DNA of 32,517 nt from a virus (lineage: Duplodnaviria; Caudoviricetes): IMG/VR virus record IMGVR_UViG_3300032318_000556, positions 1 to 32,517 of that record. One strand, given 5' to 3'. Position numbers and translations under genes: made by a program. Below, in pieces: positions 1 to 6,420 of this stretch (the stretch's first letter is position 1; every line of letters begins with the position of its first letter). A model generated the notes under the pieces. It searched no databases. It was not told the DNA's origin and saw nothing but the letters and a program-made list of their open reading frames with translations.

Positions 1-53
1 CCTGACCATCCAGCCGTACCTTTGTATGGTCTGTAAGGTACATACTCAGCCAT
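1..53 (-). CDS. Partial hypothetical phage protein (N-terminus MAEYVPYRPYKGTAGWSG..., runs off the window)
   Basis: Translated by hand; ATG at 53 overlaps the TAA of the upstream ORF (TAATG coupling). Confidence 0.6.
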   Translation of the reverse strand, partial: MAEYVPYRPYKGTAGWS

Positions 54-148
54 TACTTATCTTCTTCTATCTCTTGTAGTATCTCATGCAGTACTACTTC
101 TGCTGCCTCGGCAGCACGGTCTAATTTATCTTGAAGTTCTTTGCTCAT
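53..148 (-). CDS. Small acidic hypothetical protein, 31 aa (MSKELQDKLDRAAEAAEVVLHEILQEIEEDK)
   Basis: Translated by hand; ATGA overlap with ORF 145-564 and TAATG overlap with the next gene. Confidence 0.6.
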   Translation of the reverse strand: MSKELQDKLDRAAEAAEVVLHEILQEIEEDK

Positions 149-564
149 TCAGTAGCCTCAATATCATTTACTTCAACTTGGTCAACGTCAATGTCACCGT
201 CATAGAATGATACATCTACATTATCTGCAAACAAAGACTCAACATCATCTTCATCTTCACATTCTACAGTGAATGTACCAGTGATTGTAAATGTAGCATT
301 GTATCTTGTTGTAAGTCTGTTGGCTCCAATGGAATCAAGCAACTCATTGACATCTGATTTTGTGATTGTTGTTTCACCGTCACGCCATTCACTTTCACTG
401 AAGAAGTCACGGACAGTACGGCGCATGTCACGTAAAGCGTGGACTGATTTACTAATTGATTCGTTGAGTTCATCTGTCCCTTTTGCTTTCTCAATAAAGC
501 GTAATACCTCAGCCTCAGTATAGTTTACTGTGCCATCTGGTGTTGTGATTTGGATTGTGTTCAT
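145..564 (-). CDS. Acidic hypothetical protein, 139 aa
   Basis: ORF track; GAGAGG RBS upstream; fits the leftward operon. Confidence 0.8.
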   Translation of the reverse strand: MNTIQITTPDGTVNYTEAEVLRFIEKAKGTDELNESISKSVHALRDMRRTVRDFFSESEWRDGETTITKSDVNELLDSIGANRLTTRYNATFTITGTFTVECEDEDDVESLFADNVDVSFYDGDIDVDQVEVNDIEATE

Positions 565-583
565 TTGTTCCTCTCGTTGTTAG

Positions 584-611
584 TGAGCAGTTTATACACA
601 TACTCAGGTGT
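584..611 (-). promoter_or_regulatory. Candidate compact H-type RNA pseudoknot in the leader of ORF 145-564
   Basis: Minus strand ACAC-C-UGAGUA-U-GUGU-AUAAAC-UGCUCA: stem 1 ACAC/GUGU, stem 2 UGAGUA/UGCUCA. Confidence 0.45.
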
Positions 612-694
612 TGGCTACTAACTCATGTTGCTTAAGCAACTGCTGGTTCTTCGCCTATCCGCGCTATCGCTACAGGGGTAGTATGCATACGGAA

Positions 695-1693
695 TTATAC
701 TGTAAGTAAAGACAATGCCTTAGTCTTTACTTTGTCATTGCGTCCACTAATGGTGGCGGCTGCCAAGCGTTCAGCGCCACCTGTTGCATAGTGGTCAGCG
801 TATTCAATGACTGCTTGCCATGCACCAAAGGCTGTGCCCCTGATGTTCTCTTGCGTTTCTGATTCATTGTAGATAGCCCACGCTTTAGCGCGTGCTTCCT
901 TAGCAATGGTCTGTTGCTTACGCTCACCACGTGTAAGCAAATCGTATGGCTTATCCTCTACTGTACTAGGTAATGCCCATACTTTCTTGAAGAAGTTAAC
1001 CGCTTGCTCACGGCTCATGTCTTTCTTCAGTAGGTTGTTAGCAACCAACTGATAGTCTGCTATAGCAGTGTATGTTAGGTTAGTAATGTTACGGATGTCA
1101 GCGATAGACAACTCTTGATTAGTTGTATGTGACATACGGTATGTGTACTCATTGAACTTGCGGTTACGCCCGTTGCTAATCAAACCATTGACCTGATTAG
1201 CACAGAACAAGCGCTCAATGATTGGCTTGATAACAACAGATGATGAACCATCATGTGATGTTTTAACCAACAAGAATGCAGCGTGTGGGTCATTGGCTAC
1301 CTGTACACCTTGAGGTAACTCAAGTACCATCCAGATGTTAGCACCACCATTGAATTCACCTGCTGCTGCATAGCGTGCATCACCTGCATCTACTAGTGTA
1401 TCTAATGCGTTGAACACTTCCATGTTCTGTACTACTTTGTACTTAGTACCAACAATACCAATGACTGAGTTGTTATCCTCACGGATAATAGCCTGCTTCT
1501 TTGGTACATCTAAGTATGTGGCTGGTGTTACACCATGTTGGTCAATGATTAGTGGTGTGCTTACTGCTTCTAGTGCACCTGTTCGTACAGTCCAGTTAAG
1601 TCCTGCTTGTGTGGCTGCACTTGCAGCAGAGGTAGCCTCTACTGCAGTGCCACCACGTACCCATGCTGAACGATGCTTACTTGCTACTGTCAT
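695..1693 (-). CDS. DUF932 family (phage/plasmid-like, TIGR03299-type) protein
   Basis: Motifs GIVGTKYKVVQN, SHDGSSS, RLFCANQ, GTAFGAWQAVIEYADH; 332 aa. Confidence 0.88.
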   Translation of the reverse strand: MTVASKHRSAWVRGGTAVEATSAASAATQAGLNWTVRTGALEAVSTPLIIDQHGVTPATYLDVPKKQAIIREDNNSVIGIVGTKYKVVQNMEVFNALDTLVDAGDARYAAAGEFNGGANIWMVLELPQGVQVANDPHAAFLLVKTSHDGSSSVVIKPIIERLFCANQVNGLISNGRNRKFNEYTYRMSHTTNQELSIADIRNITNLTYTAIADYQLVANNLLKKDMSREQAVNFFKKVWALPSTVEDKPYDLLTRGERKQQTIAKEARAKAWAIYNESETQENIRGTAFGAWQAVIEYADHYATGGAERLAAATISGRNDKVKTKALSLLTV

Positions 1694-1910
1694 CTTCTAC
1701 ATCCTTTGCGAACTTGAGTGTTGCATATGTATTGTTCTCGTTTAACTTAGCCATGATGCCTTCTTCTTCCATAAGACCTACGAATGTTTCTACTAACATT
1801 TTAGATAGTACGCCATCAGGCAATGACATAAGTCGTGATGTCATTGGGTGTGCTGTGTCGAACTCTGTTACTAGTTCGATTGTGTGTGGAACCTTAATTG
1901 TTTGTGCCAT
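1677..1910 (-). CDS. Hypothetical protein, 77 aa
   Basis: ORF track; AAGGAG RBS; overlaps both neighbours. Confidence 0.75.
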   Translation of the reverse strand: MAQTIKVPHTIELVTEFDTAHPMTSRLMSLPDGVLSKMLVETFVGLMEEEGIMAKLNENNTYATLKFAKDVEDDSSK

Positions 1911-2070
1911 TTGCTTCTCCTTTGTTTGTTTGTGTTGTGTATATCCATGCCCACGTTACGTCTGATTGCCCATACTTTAACGTGCTTGTTGCTTTGCGTA
2001 AAGCATCATCATCATCTGCTGCTTCCACAAAGAACGTTATGTTTACTTCCCATCTTTTAGTACCAGCCAT
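1894..2070 (-). CDS. Hypothetical protein, 58 aa (MAGTKRWEVNITFFVEAADDDDALRKA...)
   Basis: Translated by hand; GGAGG RBS; fills the gap between neighbours. Confidence 0.65.
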   Translation of the reverse strand: MAGTKRWEVNITFFVEAADDDDALRKATSTLKYGQSDVTWAWIYTTQTNKGEANGTNN

Positions 2071-2485
2071 GTTTCCTCCAATGTGACCATGCTATTGATG
2101 GCTTGTCGTACCTATGTACTATGTACTCCAGCCCCCGCGCAACTTGTTGCGGGGCTGGGGTACCTGGCTTAGTGCCTAGTACCTGTGCTATACCATAGGC
2201 TGATGACTCAGGGTTATCTGCATCATGTCTCCATGCTGACTCTTTACCCCATAGTTTCATCAGTGCTTTATGTTCACTGCGGTTCCACTCAGGGAACCAC
2301 ATCTTCATGTATGAAATCGCATACATCTTTGCTGCGTATGGTGTCCATACTATAGGTAACTTATGTTGGTTATAACATAGGTCGTTAACATGTTGCGAGT
2401 AATACTTTAATGGTAAACCTACAAGGCTAGTTATTGTTAGCATCATAGTGCTACCAATAGCCAACCATTTTCTTATGTTACCCAT
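2057..2485 (-). CDS. Lytic transglycosylase-like (lysozyme-fold, SLT/aggregation-promoting-factor-like) protein with N-terminal hydrophobic segment
   Basis: Catalytic-Glu motif WGKESAW, ADNPESSAYGIAQ, GLEYIVHRY, C-terminal HGWY. Confidence 0.8.
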   Translation of the reverse strand: MGNIRKWLAIGSTMMLTITSLVGLPLKYYSQHVNDLCYNQHKLPIVWTPYAAKMYAISYMKMWFPEWNRSEHKALMKLWGKESAWRHDADNPESSAYGIAQVLGTKPGTPAPQQVARGLEYIVHRYDKPSIAWSHWRKHGWY

Positions 2486-2494
2486 GAGTATCTC

Positions 2495-2629
2495 CTAGTC
2501 TTCGTCTCCATACATGCGGTCATCTAGTATGCCACATGCACATTGACTCATGTGTTCATGACAATCTATACAATCATCACTGTCTTTATCTAATGCTATG
2601 TCATCGTCAAGCGGTGGTTCGTAACTCAT
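2495..2629 (-). CDS. Small acidic Cys-containing protein, 44 aa (MSYEPPLDDDIALDKDSDDCIDCHEHMSQCACGILDDRMYGDED)
   Basis: Translated by hand; AAGGAG RBS; CxxC...CxC. Confidence 0.65.
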   Translation of the reverse strand: MSYEPPLDDDIALDKDSDDCIDCHEHMSQCACGILDDRMYGDED

Positions 2630-2894
2630 CTTTTCTCCTTAGTAGCACATGCATCTGGTCTCCATACATACTGTGTCTGATAACTGTTTCAACTGACACT
2701 CCGTATATGTTGCACAATTTTAACAGTCTTTCAAGTGTTAGAGGTCTATGGTTGCGCTCATAACTACCCAATGCTGCAACTGTGAACTCACCATTGCTCA
2801 TGTCTTCAACATCTTGAAGCCTGTATCTTGCAATTATTCTTATCATCTTAAGCGTTGTCATTACATCTAAGTAATCAGGGTTTAATTTATACAT
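2607..2894 (-). CDS. XRE-family HTH regulator resembling the BldD DNA-binding domain
   Basis: LKMIR...LQDVEDMSNG...GSYERNHRPLTLERLLKLCNIYGVSV matches the XRE/BldD N-domain pattern as recalled. Confidence 0.82.
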   Translation of the reverse strand: MYKLNPDYLDVMTTLKMIRIIARYRLQDVEDMSNGEFTVAALGSYERNHRPLTLERLLKLCNIYGVSVETVIRHSMYGDQMHVLLRRKDELRTTA

Positions 2895-2897
2895 GGC

Positions 2898-3254
2898 TTA
2901 CCAACTAGCCTGATACTCAAACATAGCGTCATCAACGCTATTAGCAAGGGCTTCGTTTAGTTTGTCAACTGTATCTTGTATGTCTGACCAGTACCATTCG
3001 TCTATGGTACTGCTGCCAAAGAAGAACCCTGATGTAGGTGGTAGTAAATCCATTGCAACTTCCTCTGTGCGTGCATCTAATACTGCAATGCATGTTTCAC
3101 GCAATACGAATAGGTCGCGCTTAGTTAAACTGATAGGCGAGCAATCATCTACTGCACCAGTGTAACTAATAATCCAACCATGAATTGCATTAGCCTTACG
3201 CCAGTATGCAATCTCATGTACTTGCTTTTCGTATAGATACATGTCTAGTCCCAT
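2898..3254 (-). CDS. Conserved phage hypothetical protein (MGLDMYL...YWRKANAIHGW...GFFFGS...YQASW type)
   Basis: Motif set recognisable from many phage proteins of unknown function; AGGAG RBS. Confidence 0.8.
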   Translation of the reverse strand: MGLDMYLYEKQVHEIAYWRKANAIHGWIISYTGAVDDCSPISLTKRDLFVLRETCIAVLDARTEEVAMDLLPPTSGFFFGSSTIDEWYWSDIQDTVDKLNEALANSVDDAMFEYQASW

Positions 3255-3255
3255 G

Positions 3256-3462
3256 TTACTCTCCTTGTTTTACTACTTCAATGGATACTTGCTTGATGAA
3301 TGGCTTGGTCATGTTAACCCAGTCCACCCCATACTCATCAGCCAATCGTTCCCATGCTGCTGTCTCTACATCACGAGAGTCAGGGCTGTAAGTTGTTTCG
3401 ATAGTTGTTACCATAATGAAATGGTCTGCTGCGAATAGCACATCAGTTAATATGTTACTCAT
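3256..3462 (-). CDS. Hypothetical protein, about 68 aa
   Basis: ORF track (alternative start 3468); overlaps the upstream gene. Confidence 0.65.
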   Translation of the reverse strand: MSNILTDVLFAADHFIMVTTIETTYSPDSRDVETAAWERLADEYGVDWVNMTKPFIKQVSIEVVKQGE

Positions 3463-3733
3463 CCTCATTCTCCTCTGTCCATGGGTATAGTCTGTGTTGG
3501 TTTATCATTGCGTATGCAGGTGCAGTTGTTTCACCACGCCATGTTACACCTTCAGGTAGGATAATTAAACGGTCAAGGTCATCCTCCCAGTATGCTTGGA
3601 TTGCATGCATGCATGGTTCAGCCATGCTTGCTGGTACTGGTGGGTAGAAGTTGCTTGTTAGATGTATCTCTAACTGTTGCAGTGGTGTTAGGCTATCCAT
3701 GCTGGCTAAGTCTGTTGCAAATGTAGCACCCAT
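3455..3733 (-). CDS. Hypothetical protein, about 92 aa (HLTSNFYPPVP motif)
   Basis: ORF track; ATG at 3733 chosen for the AAGGAG RBS and TAATG coupling. Confidence 0.75.
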   Translation of the reverse strand: MGATFATDLASMDSLTPLQQLEIHLTSNFYPPVPASMAEPCMHAIQAYWEDDLDRLIILPEGVTWRGETTAPAYAMINQHRLYPWTEENEDE

Positions 3734-3888
3734 TATATTTTCTCCTTTACTGTAGTGTCGCAATCGTCACAGGTGTATCCGTCTGGATAACCTATTGCTT
3801 CTTGTTCTTCTAATAGTTCTAGGCTGTAACGCCATGCACAGTTGGGACATATGACTGACCCTTCTATGTAGTATCCGTAGCCGTCCAT
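3733..3888 (-). CDS. Small zinc-ribbon-like protein, 51 aa (CPNC...CDDC)
   Basis: Translated by hand; TAATG coupling at both ends. Confidence 0.7.
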   Translation of the reverse strand: MDGYGYYIEGSVICPNCAWRYSLELLEEQEAIGYPDGYTCDDCDTTVKEKI

Positions 3889-4064
3889 TAGAACGGTACT
3901 TCTACATGATTACGGCATGCTCTACGCCATGCTCCTAGTCGTTGCTTAAGAAATCTATTTTCTTGTAGTAGTACTGTGTTGGCATATGCTAGTACAATTA
4001 TGAGTATTAGGCTAACACCTAATGCCATAGTTGTAGTAACAACTAATGCTTTATCTAGGTACAT
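3888..4064 (-). CDS. Small single-pass membrane protein, 58 aa (MYLDKALVVTTTMALGVSLILIIVLAYAN...)
   Basis: Translated by hand; AAGGAG RBS; hydrophobic stretch followed by a basic tail. Confidence 0.7.
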   Translation of the reverse strand: MYLDKALVVTTTMALGVSLILIIVLAYANTVLLQENRFLKQRLGAWRRACRNHVEVPF

Positions 4065-4139
4065 GTTACTCTCCTTGTTAGTTATAATAATTTGATGGAC
4101 TTGTAGTTATCCGCTGAGGCTACGGTTACCGAGCGCAGC

Positions 4140-4167
4140 GAGGCAGGGAGCATGTGCTCCCTACCTC
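4140..4167 (-). terminator. GC-rich hairpin just downstream of the SSB-like gene (terminator or RNA stability element)
   Basis: GAGGCAGGGAGCA-TG-TGCTCCCTACCTC inverted repeat; no clear U-tract on the minus strand. Confidence 0.45.
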
Positions 4168-4175
4168 TGTCTTTG

Positions 4176-4517
4176 CTACGCTTCTACTGAGTGCACCTCT
4201 AGTTGTGCGTAAGGTGCTCGGCGGTTACTCTCATCTACGTTTGGACGGCGGTCAAACTTAGTGACTAGTCTGCCTGTTACTGTAATTGGCTTGGTTGATT
4301 CTGTGCCAGCCTTTGCCTCACCTAGAATCTCTGAGATTACTGTGTCATCTAGTGCAATAATGTTCATGCCTACTACATAGATTGCTCTGTCTGCAGTTCC
4401 GTCTGATGTACGACTAACATCTCGCTGGTCTAGCCAGCCTGTTAGTAATGTACCTCGCTCGTTTGTGAATGTCTTGATGTTCTTGATTGTGCCTGTGATA
4501 GTTGATACGTTTTGCAT
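4176..4517 (-). CDS. Putative single-stranded DNA-binding (OB-fold) protein
   Basis: Size and pattern TITGTIKNIK...ITVTGRLVT...QLEVHSVE typical of SSB-like OB folds; no acidic tail. Confidence 0.6.
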   Translation of the reverse strand: MQNVSTITGTIKNIKTFTNERGTLLTGWLDQRDVSRTSDGTADRAIYVVGMNIIALDDTVISEILGEAKAGTESTKPITVTGRLVTKFDRRPNVDESNRRAPYAQLEVHSVEA

Positions 4518-4550
4518 TTGTTTCTCCTTGTTTAGTTAGTAGTTGATAGT

Positions 4551-4593
4551 GGCTGATAGCCCGCTATCGCAAAGCGTAGCGGGTCTATCTGCC
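4551..4593. promoter_or_regulatory. Long imperfect intergenic hairpin
   Basis: GGC-T-GATAG-C-CCCGCTA-T-CGC-AAA-GCG-TAGCGGG-T-CTATC-T-GCC. Confidence 0.55.
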
Positions 4594-4602
4594 GTTTTAG
4601 GT

Positions 4603-5163
4603 TTATATAAGATTGTGCTCAAGCGGTTTGTCGCATGCTTGGCAGTCATTGAATGCCTTGGGTGTAAGCAGGTGACACCATCTGCACTCAGTTTCTCTAG
4701 CGCGTTGGCGCTCATCATCTAGTTCCCACAGTTCCTCGTACTCACCACCATCCTGTAGTTGTACGATTGGTGGTGTGAATTCCCTGCGTATTAACCAAGG
4801 GTCATCCTGGTCTATGAATTTGACTGATAGTTCTATGAGGTACATAGACTCGTCTTGCCACTTTTCTGTGAACACTGCTTTCCTCCTTGATTTACCTACG
4901 ATGGTCTCTGACGACACCCAATCGCTTGCCGTTGGGTTGTCGTCTTGGTTTAACGTCAAGGCTTTGCCTTCGCCTAGTCTGTCATCCTCATGTAAGTCCC
5001 AAGCATTCTTGTCTGACTTACTTTCTTTCTGTTCGTAGCATTGTATGCAACTGTAGTCTTGCTCATCACCTGTGTATAGGTGCATGATGTTGTTAGTCTG
5101 CGGGTATTCACAGCATGTCTCTGTATGTGTGGTTACGCTGATACCCTGACTTAGGTCACTCAT
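4603..5163 (-). CDS. Hypothetical protein with C-terminal zinc ribbon (CRWC...CQAC) and N-terminal Cys/His cluster
   Basis: ORF track, 186 aa; GGAG RBS. Confidence 0.75.
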   Translation of the reverse strand: MSDLSQGISVTTHTETCCEYPQTNNIMHLYTGDEQDYSCIQCYEQKESKSDKNAWDLHEDDRLGEGKALTLNQDDNPTASDWVSSETIVGKSRRKAVFTEKWQDESMYLIELSVKFIDQDDPWLIRREFTPPIVQLQDGGEYEELWELDDERQRARETECRWCHLLTPKAFNDCQACDKPLEHNLI

Positions 5164-5281
5164 CTGCTTTCTCCCTTTGGTTTAGGTTCCATTGGTACTC
5201 ATCGTACCTTTGTCTTGCTGTTGTGCCACATGTATGTAGCATTACTATGTATCCTTTAAGGCATCCGTAGCACTCGCTCAT
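5156..5281 (-). CDS. Small Cys-containing protein, 41 aa (MSECYGCLKGYIVMLHTCG...)
   Basis: Translated by hand; AAGGAGG RBS; CxxC...HxC. Confidence 0.65.
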   Translation of the reverse strand: MSECYGCLKGYIVMLHTCGTTARQRYDEYQWNLNQREKADE

Positions 5282-5421
5282 TTACTTACCTCCTTGTGGT
5301 CGTAGTTGGTTGGACATGAACCGCCGTAATAGCAAGGGCAGTCTCCTTCTTGTACTAGTTCGCAGTTTGGGTAACATTCTGTCGCCCAGCCACATCTAGG
5401 ACAGTCGTATGTTGTAGCCAT
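5278..5421 (-). CDS. Small Cys-rich protein, 47 aa with 7 Cys (MATTYDCPRCGWATECYPNC...)
   Basis: Translated by hand; fills the gap; ATGA overlap downstream. Confidence 0.65.
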   Translation of the reverse strand: MATTYDCPRCGWATECYPNCELVQEGDCPCYYGGSCPTNYDHKEVSK

Positions 5422-5423
5422 GC

Positions 5424-5840
5424 TTACTCACCCCCTTTCTGGGTCTCAGCGATTACCCAAGCGGGTACTGTTTTGACAGGTGTGACACGCGCCACAACCT
5501 TGGTTGGAATCTCAGCGATGCGAGCCTTTACTACGGTGTTGGTTGCACCTGCGGACTCATCCTGTATGAATGCTAGGCAGTAATCAGCACCTAACTTCAC
5601 CATCTCAGCATTGCGCACGAACCCTGCGCGCTTACCATGGGTTTTCCAATCTGCAGGATGGCGCTCAATCATCCACCCGAACTTAACCGCGACTTCCTCA
5701 GCCAACTTATCAGCACCATCGCAGTTACCACTGACTAGCACAACTTGCTCACCCTCGTGAGCCTGAACAACTTCCAACTCACGAACGATTGCATCAACAT
5801 CTGACCACTTACGAGAACCAGTAACTAGAACACGGAACAT
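5424..5840 (-). CDS. SLOG-superfamily protein, YspA-related / DUF2493 type
   Basis: RVLVTGSRKW, LVSGNCDGAD, HPADW..HGKRAGFVRNAEMV, LAF, SAGAT motifs. Confidence 0.88.
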   Translation of the reverse strand: MFRVLVTGSRKWSDVDAIVRELEVVQAHEGEQVVLVSGNCDGADKLAEEVAVKFGWMIERHPADWKTHGKRAGFVRNAEMVKLGADYCLAFIQDESAGATNTVVKARIAEIPTKVVARVTPVKTVPAWVIAETQKGGE

Positions 5841-6414
5841 AACGAACTCCTTAGAACGAACTTACGAAGTTACCAATTTGATAACTACATAAGACAGACC
5901 ATCATGCTGGAAGGAATTGTCAATCCCGTTGCGTAGCGCTTTTAGGGATTTACAAGGAGGGAAAGCATGATAGTTCTACCCCACTCTAGGTGGGCAGACA
6001 GGTGCAGACAGTAGGCTCCGAGTATTATCATTTAGTTGTACTGTCTGTAATAGATTGCCCCTCAGTCAGGCAGGTAGACAGTCTACAGTCAGACAACCCT
6101 CAGTATGTAGTCTGTCTGTACAATAATAGTTCTGTCTGTAGTCTATGACCCCCAGTCTTTTAACTGTCGTCTGTTTTATATACTGTATCTCTATCTAGAA
6201 ATATTTCTGTATATAGTTACAGGGGGCATATAACAGTCTGACCAGCACTTTTATAAATACTTTAGAATAAATAGTTCGTTTGACCTATTTGAACAGGTTA
6301 ATACTATATAGAGAGTAAAATAGTTCGTAAGTCTTTATAGAGCCTTACTCACTCTGTTACAGTATACTGTACAAATATACATCTGTAGGGCGGGGGGACT
6401 CTGCCACAAAGGAG
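5841..6414. repeat. Divergent non-coding control region with short repeats and palindromes (candidate promoters plus packaging/terminus or origin region)
   Basis: No ORF; CTGTCTGTA three times and many CAGAC/GTCTG variants; ATAGTTC four times; inverted repeat 5901-5971; palindromes 6074-6086 and 6358-6371. Confidence 0.6.
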
Positions 6415-6420
6415 ATGAAC

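Noticed and set aside
2128-2158. GC-rich inverted repeat CCAGCCCCCGCG...TGCGGGGCTGG
   Set aside because: Lies inside the transglycosylase-like CDS; no independent support for a function
269-5087. Plus-strand ORFs in the left arm (e.g. 269-523, 1410-1745, 4775-5038)
   Set aside because: Antisense shadows of a gapless minus-strand operon with good RBSs
5918-5954. TTGACA (minus strand) and TTTACA (plus strand) as sigma-70-type promoters
   Set aside because: No convincing TANNNT box at 16-18 bp spacing; kept only as part of the inverted repeat finding
5994-6241. Possible CRISPR-like mini-array
   Set aside because: Repeats are only 6-10 bp, in mixed orientation and irregularly spaced
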